From positions 118,665,077 through 118,729,076 of the forward strand of contig NC_068983.1 in assembly GCF_001194135.2 (NCBI RefSeq): a stretch of 64,000 bases of DNA, in the 5' to 3' direction. Every line of letters begins with the position of its first letter. The stretch's first letter is position 1. Below the pieces are notes generated by a model. It saw only the letters and a program-made list of their open reading frames with translations, made no database searches and was not told where the DNA came from. The translations under genes and the position numbers were made by a program. This document shows, in pieces, positions 48,695 through 61,642 of this stretch. This DNA comes from Octopus bimaculoides. Taxonomy: Eukaryota.

Positions 48695-49760
48695 TTCTTT
48701 TACTTGTTTCAGTCATCTGACTGCGGCCATGCTGGATAACTGGGATCTATTTCAAAACGGGGGCACCAGTTTTCATTTATGTTTTATGTAGTGTTTTTGG
48801 TACCGAAAGACTTTCAAACTTCGTTTACTTATCTATTTTGTGTTATAGAACACAAAAAAATTTTTGTATTCGAATTTATTTCATGTAAAAAATTGTCTTA
48901 TTTCGATAATTTCTACTAATCACTGACGTCTATTCAGTTGAAAACAGTTAGCGCTGTAACGGTGTATATCGTATTAATCCTCTAACCCTAACTAGAGTGT
49001 TAACCGTAACCCTAACCGTAACCCTAACCCTAAAACTAACCCTAACTCTAGAATCCGAACTCTAAAATTGTTACACACATAGATACGCACAGCGTAATTT
49101 ATTATATAAACAATATNNNNNNNNNNNNNNNNNNNNNNNNNNNNNNNNNNNNNNNNNNNNNNNNNNNNNNNNNNNNNNNNNNNNNNNNNNNNNNNNNNNN
49201 NNNNNNNNNNNNNNNNNNNNNNNNNNNNNNNNNNNNNNNNNNNNNNNNNNNNNNNNNNNNNNNNNNNNNNNNNNNNNNNNNNNNNNNNNNNNNNNNNNNN
49301 NNNNNNNNNNNNNNNNNNNNNNNNNNNNNNNNNNNNNNNNNNNNNNNNNNGTGTCCCAAGTTTCAAAGTGTTTCGTTAGTGTTTCGTTAAGAAAATACTG
49401 GTGCCCCCGTTTTGAAATAGATCCGATAAGTGTCTTGAAGGGTTTTAGTCGAACAAATCAGGACTTATTTCTTAAGCCTAGTACTTATTTGATCGGTCTC
49501 TTGTGCCGAACCGCTAAGCTACGGCGTCGTAAACACACCATTACCGGTTGTCAAGCGGTGATTGGGGTTGAGTGGGTAAATACAGATACTCTCTCACACA
49601 CACACACACGACGGGCTTCTGTCATTTTCCTTCTACCAAATTCGCTCACAAAGCTTTGGTCGGTCCGAGGCTATAGTAAAAAACACTAGCCCAAGGTGTC
49701 ACGCAGTGGGACTGAACCCGGAACTATGTGGTCGGGCAGCAAGCTGCCCGACCACACACA
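48695..49760 (-). mobile_element. SINE family A split by the Merlin-type MITE
   Basis: GACTGCGGCCATGCTG [MITE] TCTTGAAGGGTTTTAGTCGAAC continues the consensus seamlessly across the insertion. Confidence 0.85.
48743..49424. mobile_element. Merlin-type MITE (28-bp TIR, 8-bp TSD) with CCCTAA-like array, inserted in a SINE
   Basis: Perfect TIR GGATCTATTTCAAAACGGGGGCACCAGT / ACTGGTGCCCCCGTTTTGAAATAGATCC. Flanks GATAACTG / GATAAGTG. TAACCCTAAC-type units at ~48980-49050; gap at 49097-49350. Confidence 0.9.
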
Positions 49761-50894
49761 TATCCCCCCCACGCATACACACAGACGGACATACGCACGT
49801 ACACGCACATGCATTCATAGAAGCGCTAATCATTTGTTGAATATTAGCCAACACAATGGGAAACCTACAACACTGAATGAACCATTCTACAATATGAGCA
49901 TCAACTGGTTATTTTTTTTGCTGTATACATGTGGATTTTATTTGCCCCACCCCCATCACCTCTTACCCATCTCCGATACACTCATACACACGTCGATCAT
50001 TGAATACACACACCGTATACACACACTCTAACCTGAGATGGTCAGTCAGTAGTTTTATAATAAAGCAAATATAGTCTGGGAGTAAATAAAGATCTGCTAT
50101 CTATATGTGAAGTCTGTGCGCGAACAAGCGTGCGTGTGTGCATGCATGTGTGTAGGTACATGGAGGAAGGACTTATCTGTGTATATGTGTGCGATGTATG
50201 TGTGGTGAGAGGTTGTGTCTGTGTGCGTATGAGCAGAAAGAGGCCGTATCTGTGTGTGTACATACATATACATGCATATATGTGTGTGCGTGTGCTTGTA
50301 TATGTATACACACACATATATAGCGGGGTGGGGGGGGGCAAGACAGAGGTTGTAATTTTAACTTGCGTATATATGTGTGTGCGTGCGTGTTTAAATATGT
50401 ACGTGTGTAATGAATCATGAAATGATGTTATGGAATTCTACAACTAAAAATATAAAATAAAAATAAAATAAACAAAGTAAAAGGAAAAGAAAAGTCTTGG
50501 AAGCTTGGTGGGCCGATAGACGAGAAAGTGTGGGGAGTGGCAACAGAGGTTAAGGCGGAAGATACTTTTTTCTACAGAGAAGAAGTGGGAAGGACTTACT
50601 CTAAATAAATAAATAAATAAATAAATAAAAGGGCACCGGCAAACAACATTTGGGAACTAATAGAATCAGATTCATGTTCTGTTAGTTAACACACGCACTG
50701 TTTTAATTAATTAGGGAATCGGGGACTTTCGAACTTTTTTTCTTTGTCTTTTCAAGATATACATTAATTAAATTTGTTTAGGAAAAATTTTCGGATTTAG
50801 AAAAAAAAAAAAAAAAAAAAAATTCTCGAAATCGTAACGAATGCATGTTAAAAAAAAGATAGGGTACGGACGCATTAGATAATGTTATCCAAAA

Positions 50895-51250
50895 TCTGAT
50901 TCTCAAGCAGTGTCCATATGGTCCCTGAGACACCACATAATATTTTTTTTTTTGGGGGGGGGGTCCATGCAAACGAAATAGTAAATTGGAGATCCACAAT
51001 ATTATTTTAAGGGTCTCTGAAGGCGTTTTGCTTTAGATGTATGTATTGGTATTCATTGTAAGAAACAGCGACGTTTCGTTCTCTAACATTTTACATAGAT
51101 CTGCCTACACAAGTTAATGTGTGAAAAACAAAATAGGAATTTTGAAAGTATCTATAAAACTAGTTTTTAAACATTGTATGGCTATGGAGTCCACCAGAAT
51201 AAAATAGTAACCAAAAGAGTCCATAGGTAAAAAATGGTTGAGAACCACTG
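50895..51250. mobile_element. hAT-like MITE copy
   Basis: Same internal block as 47408-47733; ends GGTTGAGAACCACTG. Confidence 0.65.
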
Positions 51251-52274
51251 TTCCAGATGAACGATGTTGAAACACCATTTACTAACCATAAATTTGCTGA
51301 ACCAAGGGCTGATCTAAGGTTAAAACACGTGTGCGTGCGTGTATGTGTGCATGTCTGTGAATCTAAGTATACATATATGTATACATTAGCTATTAACAAC
51401 AGAAGCAGCCTTTCTAACGTAAATTAATTAGCACATCCATTCTAACTTTTATAACGCCGCAGACCGCAGTGAATGTCCCGAAAAATCATTTCGTGTAAAC
51501 GACAAATGCTAAGAACCATCGCACTTCTATCGCTTGATATGCTAATTAATATTCGTTACACAAAGGCTTCTTCTGTCACTTATAGCTAATTCATACACAG
51601 TCCGCCAGATTTTTGCAACATCCCTGGCTGTTTGGCTAGAATTATTCCATATCGGTTTGACTACTTTTTCGTCCGACTTTCAGTACTTGAACCAGTTGCA
51701 GCTGATGATCTGCAATATGGCGAAAGGACGTATCCGGCCTGTGGCGTTATACATCCAAGTTATACATCCAAGTTAGGTTAGATGTGCTTATTAATACACA
51801 TGTATATCTGCAATCATGTATGTCACTACATGGAAGAAGTACATTCACACGGTTAACACGTTAGCTTCTCGATTACAAGGATTCCGGTTCGATCCTTTGC
51901 CGTGTAGCTTGATCAAGAGTTTTTTATCCTTCGCCTCAACTCGACCTATGCCTTGGGAGTGAAGTTTGGTTGACAGAAACCATGCAGAAATCCGTCAATG
52001 GACTGCACTTGTAATTTTAAACGTCTAAACTTCGTTATACGTTGTGCGACGGTTATTCAACCTAAGAATTACGTTACGGTTACACGTGTTTGCAAGATGC
52101 TCAACAACTAAGCGTTAATTCCATGAGCAGGCAGTTCAGTTGATCGAACAATCGATTACCTATCATTGAAAACGAAGGAAATTCCTGATCTCACTAGATT
52201 AAGAGTAAAAGAAAAAACAAAAGAGAAAATAACAAACAAAATAATTAAAAACATCTAGACAATTAGGAACTGAA

Positions 52275-52308
52275 AGGATATATATATATATATTTATATA
52301 TACATGTA

Positions 52309-52383
<75 letters not shown>

Positions 52384-52428
52384 ATATATATATATAGATA
52401 TATATATATATATAGATATATATATATA
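52275..52428. repeat. (TA)n/(TATC)n microsatellite abutting a gap
   Basis: Visible directly. Confidence 0.95.
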
Positions 52429-53914
52429 NNNNNNNNNNNNNNNNNNNNNNNNNNNNNNNNNNNNNNNNNNNNNNNNNNNNNNNNNNNNNNNNNNNNNNNN
52501 NNNNNNNNNNNNNNNNNNNNNNNNNNNNNNNNNNNNNNNNNNNNNNNNNNNNNNNNNNNNNNNNNNNNNNNNNNNNNNNNNNNNNNNNNNNNNNNNNNNN
52601 NNNNNNNNNNNNNNNNNNNNNNNNNNNNNNNNNNNNNNNNNNNNNNNNNNNNNNNNNNNNNNNNNNNNNNNNNNNNNNNNNNNNNNNNNNNNNNNNNNNN
52701 NNNNNNNNNNNNNNNNNNNNNNNNNNNNNNNNNNNNNNNNNNNNNNNNNNNNNNNNNNNNNNNNNNNNNNNNNNNNNNNNNNNNNNNNNNNNNNNNNNNN
52801 NNNNNNNNNNNNNNNNNNNNNNNNNNNNNNNNNNNNNNNNNNNNNNNNNNNNNNNNNNNNNNNNNNNNNNNNNNNNNNNNNNNNNNNNNNNNNNNNNNNN
52901 NNNNNNNNNNNNNNNNNNNNNNNNNNNNNNNNNNNNNNNNNNNNNNNNNNNNNNNNNNNNNNNNNNNNNNNNNNNNNNNNNNNNNNNNNNNNNNNNNNNN
53001 NNNNNNNNNNNNNNNNNNNNNNNNNNNNNNNNNNNNNNNNNNNNNNNNNNNNNNNNNNNNNNNNNNNNNNNNNNNNNNNNNNNNNNNNNNNNNNNATATA
53101 TATATATATATATATATATACACTGATACACACACACACACTCAGTAAATACACAAAAAAGACGAGGTTGTCATGACTGGAAGTCTTCGATCAGAACGAT
53201 ATCTGCTCGATCATGCTGACTTAAAACAAAACAATGTCAAACCGAAGTATAGCGTGTTGTATTGAATCCAATGTGGATCACTTTTTGAATGCACAAATGA
53301 TTGTTGTCTGTACAAATTCTCAATAAATAAAATAGATAAATAAATAAGTGAAAGTGTAAAAAATGAAGTTCACTTAGTGAAGATAATCATCTCCGCCCAC
53401 GCCAAGCACTGTATCTGACGCTAAAAAATCAGGATCGATTCGTTAATGTAGTTAGACTTAAATTGTTAAGTCATTGCTTAAATTCAAACAGACTCATAAT
53501 ATACAGAAACAGCAGGTCTGGTTAGTTTTTTTTTCATACGTCGCCGAGTTAATAATCTGAAAACTAGGACTAGATATTATAAATAAGAAGAAAAAATAAA
53601 ACAACGCCAACAGCAAATTAGACTGAACCCGCTGTTTAATCTCACATAAAGAATCGACCCATGAAATTTGAAATCTAATCAAACTAAATAAGGGAAACTG
53701 ATACGACGGTTAAGGTGATGGGACTGTGATGTTTCGCTGAGAAAAGCAAATAGGTGCACTACTTACTACTCTCATCTAACGCATATACAGATAGAGACAA
53801 TAATGGTGAATAAATTTCTTGTCAAGTGACAATCCTCACGTTATGATGAATTAAATAGTTTGTGAATTTACTCCTCCTCGTTTAAGTTGTTTTTTCCTAT
53901 GTTCTTGTGTTACT

Positions 53915-54125
53915 CTTTTACTTGTTTCAGTCATTTGACTGTGGCCATGCTGGAGCACCGCCTTTAGTCGAGCAAATCGACCTCAGGACTTATTCTTTGG
54001 AAGCCTAGTACTTATTCTATTGGGGTCTTTTGCCGAACAGCTAAGTTACGGGGACGTAAACACACCACCATCGGCTGTCAAGCGATGTTGGGGAGACAAA
54101 CACAGACACACAAACATATACACAT
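53915..54125 (-). mobile_element. SINE family A 3' half
   Basis: Reverse complement of 26870-27070. Confidence 0.85.
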
Positions 54126-55179
54126 ACATATTTTTTTAATTTTTTTTTAATTTTTTTTTTAAAGTTTCAGCTTAGAGCTGCGGCCATGCTGATGCACATA
54201 TACATNNNNNNNNNNNNNNNNNNNNNNNNNNNNNNNNNNNNNNNNNNNNNNNNNNNNNNNNNNNNNNNNNNNNNNNNNNNNNNNNNNNNNNNNNNNNNNN
54301 NNNNNNNNNNNNNNNNNNNNNNNNNNNNNNNNNNNNNNNNNNNNNNNNNNNNNNNNNNNNNNNNNNNNNNNNNNNNNNNNNNNNNNNNNNNNNNNNNNNN
54401 NNNNNNNNNNNNNNNNNNNNNNNNNNNNNNNNNNNNNNNNNNNNNNNNNNNNNNNNNNNNNNNNNNNNNNNNNNNNNNNNNNNNNNNNNNNNNNNNNNNN
54501 NNNNNNNNNNNNNNNNNNNNNNNNNNNNNNNNNNNNNNNNNNNNNNNNNNNNNNNNNNNNNNNNNNNNNNNNNNNNNNNNNNNNNNNNNNNNNNNNNNNN
54601 NNNNNNNNNNNNNNNNNNNNNNNNNNNNNNNNNNNNNNNNNNNNNNNNNNNNNNNNNNNNNNNNNNNNNNNNNNNNNNNNNNNNNNNNNNNNNNNNNNNN
54701 NNNNNNNNNNNNNNNNNNNNNNNNNNNNNNNNNNNNNNNNNNNNNNNNNNNNNNNNNNNNNNNNNNNNNNNNNNNNNNNNNNNNNNNNNNNNNNNNNNNN
54801 NNNNNNNNNNNNNNNNNNNNNNNNNNNNNNNNNNNNNNNNNNNNNNNNNNNNNNNNNNNNNNNNNNNNNNNNNNNNNNNNNNNNNNNNNNNNNCTAATCG
54901 ACTTGCCCCCTACGCTCAAAATTACTAGTTGTGTGCCAAAATTAGAAAGATTGTTATTATTTGTTTATTTGCAAGTTAGTAAATAAACCTGGGTGCCTGT
55001 AATGCAAAGAGCCAGCCTTGTCACACTGTGTCACGCTGAATATCCCCGAGAACTACATTAAGGGTATACGTGTCTGTGGAGTGCTCAACCACTTGCACGT
55101 TAATTTGACGAGCAGGCTGTTCCGTTGATCGGATCAACCGGAACCCTCGACGACGTAATCGACGGAGTGCCAACAACAA

Positions 55180-55300
55180 ATAAACCTGGATTGCCTAAAA
55201 CCATAACCTCTGGAATCTCCTTCCCGCTCACATCTTTTCCTACAGATATCGACATGCAACAGCTTAAACGGAATATTCTAAGGGCAGCAAGCTCACCAGT
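55180..55300 (+). mobile_element. Possible CR1/L2 3'-terminal remnant
   Basis: PKTITSGISFPLTSFPTDIDMQQLKRNI resembles the PRT..LWNSLP..FP....FK LINE C-terminus; heavily degraded. Confidence 0.35.
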
Positions 55301-57684
55301 CTCGGAAGTTCTGCAAGGGTCATGAGCTCTGCTCTTTCCTTCGTCTCTGCAAATAGAATAAAAATGTGGAGATGTAGCTGCAATGGGCCCACCCCACCTC
55401 CCTTGATTAATTGGTTAAAAAAAGAAAAACATTTAGGCGAAATAGCCAAGTGAGTAATGAATTGGTTCAAACATCTTGAGTTTAAATCTACCGCAAGTAT
55501 TTCCTTGCGTTTCTTCGTATTTGATTTCTACATTAAATCGGTTAGGCCAGCTATCGGGATTAAGTATCAAGTTTTCTAAGAAAGTTTCTTACGACGCCTG
55601 GCTCTTTTTCTGGGTGCGGAAAGATTTGTCTTTCGTCCCATTTAATGGTGAAATATATAGAGTTAAATACCATCAGTGATACGATACTGTCTCTTGTGAT
55701 TTATGAGAAATTAACTTGCATAAATTATACCTCGGACCTGGTGACGGTTACATTGATGAAAAGGCTAGGACCATGAACGGAATAATAAAATATTCTCGGT
55801 GATTTACATATTTCCCGAATTGAACGACAGTATTTCTTGTAAAAGAAGATCTTTTCTCTAAGCTTACATCTTTAATACCTTATGCGATGACATCGTTAAT
55901 AAATGTCAACAGAACGGGAATTATGCTTTATTTCTGATTTGGTTTCCAGCCAAAGTCGACAAAATAAACACCAGACCTACGTTGGAAATCGATTTGGTCA
56001 ATTATATGTAAACTTTTACAATTACCCGGTTTTATGATAATGTGAAAAACCTTTAATGATGGAAGGGATGACATTTCATATCGGAATCGAAGCCAAACAG
56101 TAAACTCAATTAGCTGATATTGAACAGACTTGTATACAATAATGATTTACAACGTAGGCATAAGGCCACAGATTTTGCGGGAGAGCACTGTTAAATCACT
56201 GCAATACTTTCCTGGTACTTATGATCTTAGCGACCATTGCGTGATTTATAGTCAGAGTGTAGAAAGGGAGTCGCATTGTGATGCATTTTTGGCGCTCTAT
56301 CATATCGTCACAACTATAATAGTAGTGGTGGTGGTAGTAGTAGTAGTAAAACACTACACATGTCCTACAGAGCAGAGAGCCACCATACTCTCGGTTGTGC
56401 ATTGAAAGTATCGGAAAATTATAATGATACTTTATAATTCTGGCATAAGACCAGCGAGTTTTGAGAAGGGATTAGTCGATTACATCTACCCTTTTATTTT
56501 GTGTTTCGCTGGTATTGATTGCTGAAAATATTTTTTAAAAAGTATTACAGAATATTAAACTAACATTTAAAACTGAAGTTAATACCAGAAATAAGATCAT
56601 AGTATAAAATGCACTAGAGGGCCAGTGAAGATTGAAACAGGAGGAAGGCGGACAAATTGTCGTATTTAAAAAAATTATTGTTTGAAGCTTATCAAACTTT
56701 TCCAGTAATACCATTGTGAAGAAAGCAGATTATATGGATGCTCAGTTTTGCCTTTCTATTTTAGAGGTGAAAGAGGAGGGGGAAATTTCGGAAATGTCTT
56801 GGTGAGATGGGTGGATGGCTGGTATTTATCAGTTTGAGAACCACTCCGCGTCGTAATCATAAATTACCATACGTTGGAAGTTAAAGGGACTGAAAGGCCA
56901 ATCACCCTAGGTTAGAAAACCAGTGAACTGATCAATTCATGCAGAACCAGCAGTCCTGAAGCTAATATAGATTAGGGTATGTCTAGTACGTGCACAGACA
57001 AGAAAAGGGCTGATACAAATTGGGATAAGTTATGGGAGAGGAACCACGGTAGGTACACTCCGAAGTAAATGACAAAGTAAAAGAAATAATTCTTTCTTCA
57101 AAAGGCACAAAATTTGAAATTTTTGGGGAAGGGGCTTATGGATTACATCGACCCTAGTGCTCAGCTGGTACTTACTTTATCGATCCCGAAGGATGAAAAG
57201 CGATGTCGACCATGGCGGAATTTGATCTCAGAAGGTAAAGTAAAATCTGAAGAAATGCCAATAGGCACTGTTGCTCAGCATGCTGACGGTTCTGCTATCT
57301 TAACGAGTTCATAGTAAAATAAATATTGACAAAGTAAAAAGAAACGGAAGCGTTTTTTCTCTACAGATACGGTCGTATGGTTAAGAACTTTATTTCGCAG
57401 ACAGGATTCTACGTTTGATGCAACGAAGTGACATCTTGAGTGTCTTCTATTACAGCCTCGAGTAGACCAACATTTCGTGTGAGGAATTTGGTAGACGGAC
57501 ACTATATAAATCCATCGTTCTCCACCACGTCTATTACATACATGCATAGTTTAAACATCTGTGAGGCCTCTGTGTACATATAATTGTAGTAAAAAATGTG
57601 GAAGTTTGAGAGGGGCTTTATAAATGAAATAAATACCCTTGGGTCTCTCGTCATCTAAATCCGACATTAACAGTTCTGCAAGAT

Positions 57685-57940
57685 AAAGATCCGTTTGCTG
57701 CCAAGACCTTTTTAAAGGAGGGCTAGGCATGCCGTGGTTGATGATGCGAAGACACGCGCTGAGACTGTGACATCTCCGGCTCTACGTAGACGACGGTGAA
57801 CAGGTGTGGTCGCCGTTTGTGAGGCGCGCTTTCCCCGCAGCTCGTTTCCATGACCGAACTGCTGTCGTGGATCAAAACAGGCCGAGGAAAGGCGGGTGGC
57901 ACAGCGAGTGTCGCGTTGCTCTCGACCTGTTCCGGGTCGA
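57685..57940 (+). mobile_element. Tx1/L1-clade LINE ORF2 fragment (post-RT region)
   Basis: GC/CpG-rich island translating RSVCCQDLFKGGLGMPWLMMRRHALRL*HLRLYVDDGEQVWSPFVRRAFP, then frameshifted to QLVSMTELLSWIK. The GGLG-P motif is typical of L1/Tx1 ORF2. Confidence 0.7.
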
Positions 57941-58339
57941 TCTTGAACGACTACAACACAACTAAAACATACTATTAGTGAATCTGATTATGATAATCAA
58001 TAATACGGGTTAGGAAAAATATTTTAGGTGCTTCTTCTGCATACTAGATACAAATCAGTATGATAATGTAATACAGCGAATTGAAAAACTTCGATTTACT
58101 GAGATTATCTAACCAGGTAATGGACAAAACCACCTCCAGGCGTACTTTAAAATATAAATACTAGAAAGGGAAATAACTTCAATAAAATCAATTATTTGGA
58201 AAAGATAAAATTGGAAAATATAGAAATGTAATATAGGATCTGATCTTTAAAGGCAACGTGGTGAATGCACTAGACAAACTTCGGACTTCTTAGACTTCAT
58301 TAGCAAAGTAAATTCTATTCAATTGGAAAGTATAATTCT

Positions 58340-58705
58340 ATATAAGGCCAGAGATTTGGTGTGGAGGGTGTGATGGCTAAGTCGATTACATCGACTTTTG
58401 CGCTCAACTGGTACTTATTTCATCGACTCCGAAAAGATGACAGGCAAAGTTGACTTCAGCGGAATTTGAACTCAAAATGTAACGAGTCGGAAGGTCAGTT
58501 GGCAGGTAATAATGATTTCAAATTTTGGCATAAGGCCTGAAATTAGGGAGATAGGGCTAGTCGATTACATCGACCCCAGTGTTCCACTGGTATTTATTTC
58601 ATCGACCTCGAAAGAATGAAAAGCAAAGTCGACCTCGGCGGAATTTGAACTTAAAACGTGAAGACGGACGAAATGCCGCTAAGCATTTCGCCCGGCGTAC
58701 TAATG
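58340..58705 (-). mobile_element. Two tandem SINE family C copies
   Basis: GTCGATTACATCGAC..AAAGTCGACCTCGGCGGAATTTGAACT occurs twice head-to-tail (~58380 and ~58560). Confidence 0.8.
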
Positions 58706-58747
58706 ATTACTTGCATACGAATAAAATGCAACCTCTGCAACTAGATT

Positions 58748-58748
58748 G

Positions 58749-58800
<52 letters not shown>
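58748..58800. repeat. (TG)n microsatellite
   Basis: Visible directly. Confidence 0.95.
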
Positions 58801-58803
<3 letters not shown>

Positions 58804-58949
58804 ATGTAGTGAGTCAGTGTGGTCCCGTTAGTAAGGGGTAAGCAATCCGATGCTACAGTACATTCAGTGCTGACAGAAGGGTCAAATCTAGTCTGACATA
58901 TCAGATTCTCGTCGTGTTTATGACAGCTTCAAGACAAACTATATCCTTC

Positions 58950-59175
58950 CTACCACCACCGCCACGACCACCACGACCACCACGACGACGACCACCACCA
59001 CCACCATCGCCATCAGTATCACCAACACCAACACCAACAGCATCAGCGTTGCTGGAAATATACTACCATCACCACTGTCATCACCACTGCAATTATTGCC
59101 GCCGCCGTCATCACTACCATCACCACCATCATTGCTACCACCGCCATCACCACCATCTTCACCAAGAAGAGCCAT
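58950..59175. repeat. Compound CAC/CGA/CAT trinucleotide repeat
   Basis: Visible directly. Confidence 0.9.
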
Positions 59176-59474
59176 AACGGCATCAACAGGCCTTTATTAC
59201 ATCGTCGATCGACGTGCTAAAAATAGCTGCTAAATCTTCTTCCAGTCACATCCTACTGAACTTAAAAAAAAAAACAGAACACAGTGGATGATGTGGTTCT
59301 GGGCTTTCTATACACTGGGAAAAGATGGGATGGTCATGTCTGGAATACTTGTTGTTATCATAGGTCTTGATTTGTCAGAACCAATATTTCTATATTGGAA
59401 TGCTTTTGATCACAGGTCTCTCTCTGGTCAGACTCAGGGTTAAATATTTAACAATAACTATAATACGTTCCACT

Positions 59475-59712
<238 letters not shown>

Positions 59713-60334
59713 CGTTCACAGCAGTGCAGAAATAGATTAAATTACCATCCCTTATACAACGACGACGATGACGACGGTCACCGTTAGTGCCATCTCAAGT
59801 GAATACAGGGTACAGACCCTTTACGAGGGCCCATCCGACTGTTAGAAACAACAACCAAATTCCAACAGCACGTACCGATCATCTTCAGGATATGCTGCAT
59901 TGGACAACCATAGTCTTACTTGCCTCTTCTAGAACTCTTTTGTCGGGCGACGTAATTAAACGATGGCGCTTCAGCGTGGTGTTTCGACCAGCTAGAAATT
60001 GCAACCAAATTCCCCTTCAAATCTCATCTTAACATCTTAATAAAAGAAGACCACTTTAGATTATGTAGTCCTGGATACTCCTTAAAAGAAAGACTTATCA
60101 CAAATGGAAAGCCTTTAATAATAGGTCTGCGTGACCTGGAGTTAAATAAAATAAAATAAATAAATAAATAAAATGAAAAACAAACAAACAAACAAACAAA
60201 CTAAATTGCTTTATAATCGAATGAGATTAATAAATTACTGATGCGTTAATAGGGTTCTGTTTTATCCCTTTGTATGTTTCAATCATTTTGATAGTTTCTC
60301 CAAGACGTATTTGCTTGTTTTCAAACTTTTCTTA

Positions 60335-60985
60335 TATTCTTTTACTTGTTTCAGTCATTTGACTGCAGCCATGCTGGAGCACCGCCTTGAAGGGTTTTAG
60401 TTGAACAAATCAAGCCCAAAACTTTTTTTTTTTTTTTAAACCTAGTACATATTCTATCGGTGTGTTTTGTTGAACGGCTACCTTACGATGACGTAAACAC
60501 ACCAACACCGGTTGTCAAGCGGTGAAGGAGGGAAAGCATAGACACAAATTCCCACCCCGCTATATATGTGTGCTCGCGCGTGTATACATATANNNNNNNN
60601 NNNNNNNNNNNNNNNNNNNNNNNNNNNNNNNNNNNNNNNNNNNNNNNNNNNNNNNNNNNNNNNNNNNNNNNNNNNNNNNNNNNNNNNNNNNNNNNNNNNN
60701 NNNNNNNNNNNNNNNNNNNNNNNNNNNNNNNNNNNNNNNNNNNNNNNNNNNNNNNNNNNNNNNNNNNNNNNNNNNNNNNNNNNNNNNNNNNNNNNNNNNN
60801 NNNNNNNNNNNNNNNNNNNNNNNNNNNNNNNNNNNGCTTCTTTCAGTCAATGAAATTCACTCACAAGGCTTTGGTCGGCTCGAAGCTACAATAGAAGACA
60901 CTTGACCAAGGTGCCACGCAGTGGGACTGAATGCGGAATCATGTGGTGAAGAAGCAAGCTCCTTGCTACACAGCCACGCCTGCGT
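60335..60985 (-). mobile_element. SINE family A spanning a gap
   Basis: Both halves flank the N-run at 60593-60835. Confidence 0.8.
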
Positions 60986-61139
60986 CTTCTTTCTTTCATA
61001 TGTTCTGAATAATGTAAAGATTTCCTTTTATAAGACCCAAGTTACTCTCGTGGCTAAAAAACTAAAACAAAAAAGAAGTGGGAATGTGTATCGTATGATA
61101 CCTGGACGCCAATGAAAAATGTCCTGTGCATCATGATAC

Positions 61140-61420
61140 ACAGGCTAGGCAACCCTGAAGGTCCATATAAGATGGGGGTGGGGAGATGTCCATGTAACAA
61201 AACAGTAAATTAGGGGCCCCCAAAAGTATTTTAAGGGCTCCTGAAAAAATTTCGCTTTCGATGCATGTATTGGTATATATTGCAACAAACAGCTAAGTTT
61301 CTTTCTTTAACATTTGACATAGTTCAACCTTCACAAGTTAATGTGTGAAAAACAAAATGGGAATTTTGAAAGAAGTTTCTCTAAAACTAGTTTTCAAATT
61401 TCAAATGGCTATGTAAACAT
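61140..61420. mobile_element. hAT-like MITE copy (partial)
   Basis: Shares the TAGTTCAACCT..CAAGTTAATGTGTGAAAAACAAAA..GAATTTTGAAAG block with the two copies above. Confidence 0.55.
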
Positions 61421-61448
61421 CTTGTCTTGCATACGTTTTCATCCCACA

Positions 61449-61642
61449 CTGGTTTCAATCCTATGTTGGGCTTTCATTAGCAACTGAGTTGTTGGTGTAT
61501 AAGCAGCGTTTTCAGAGATACTGTGCTATATCATTAAGAGCTTAAGTAAATCGGGTGGACTGATTTGCATATATAACGCATTCGGTCTCTTTGTGGACAG
61601 TCGCTGATGAGATCCCAACACAAAACTGAAACTAGTCTGCTG
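61449..61642. ncRNA. Inverted pair of degenerate hammerhead-like motifs
   Basis: Plus strand CAGTCG-CTGATGA-..-GAAACTAGTC (61598-61637); minus strand CAGTTG-CTAATGA-..-GAAACCAGTG (61448-61486). Confidence 0.5.

Noticed and set aside
51700-51745. CTGATGA..GAAA hammerhead-like core
   Set aside because: No pairing for stems I, II or III.
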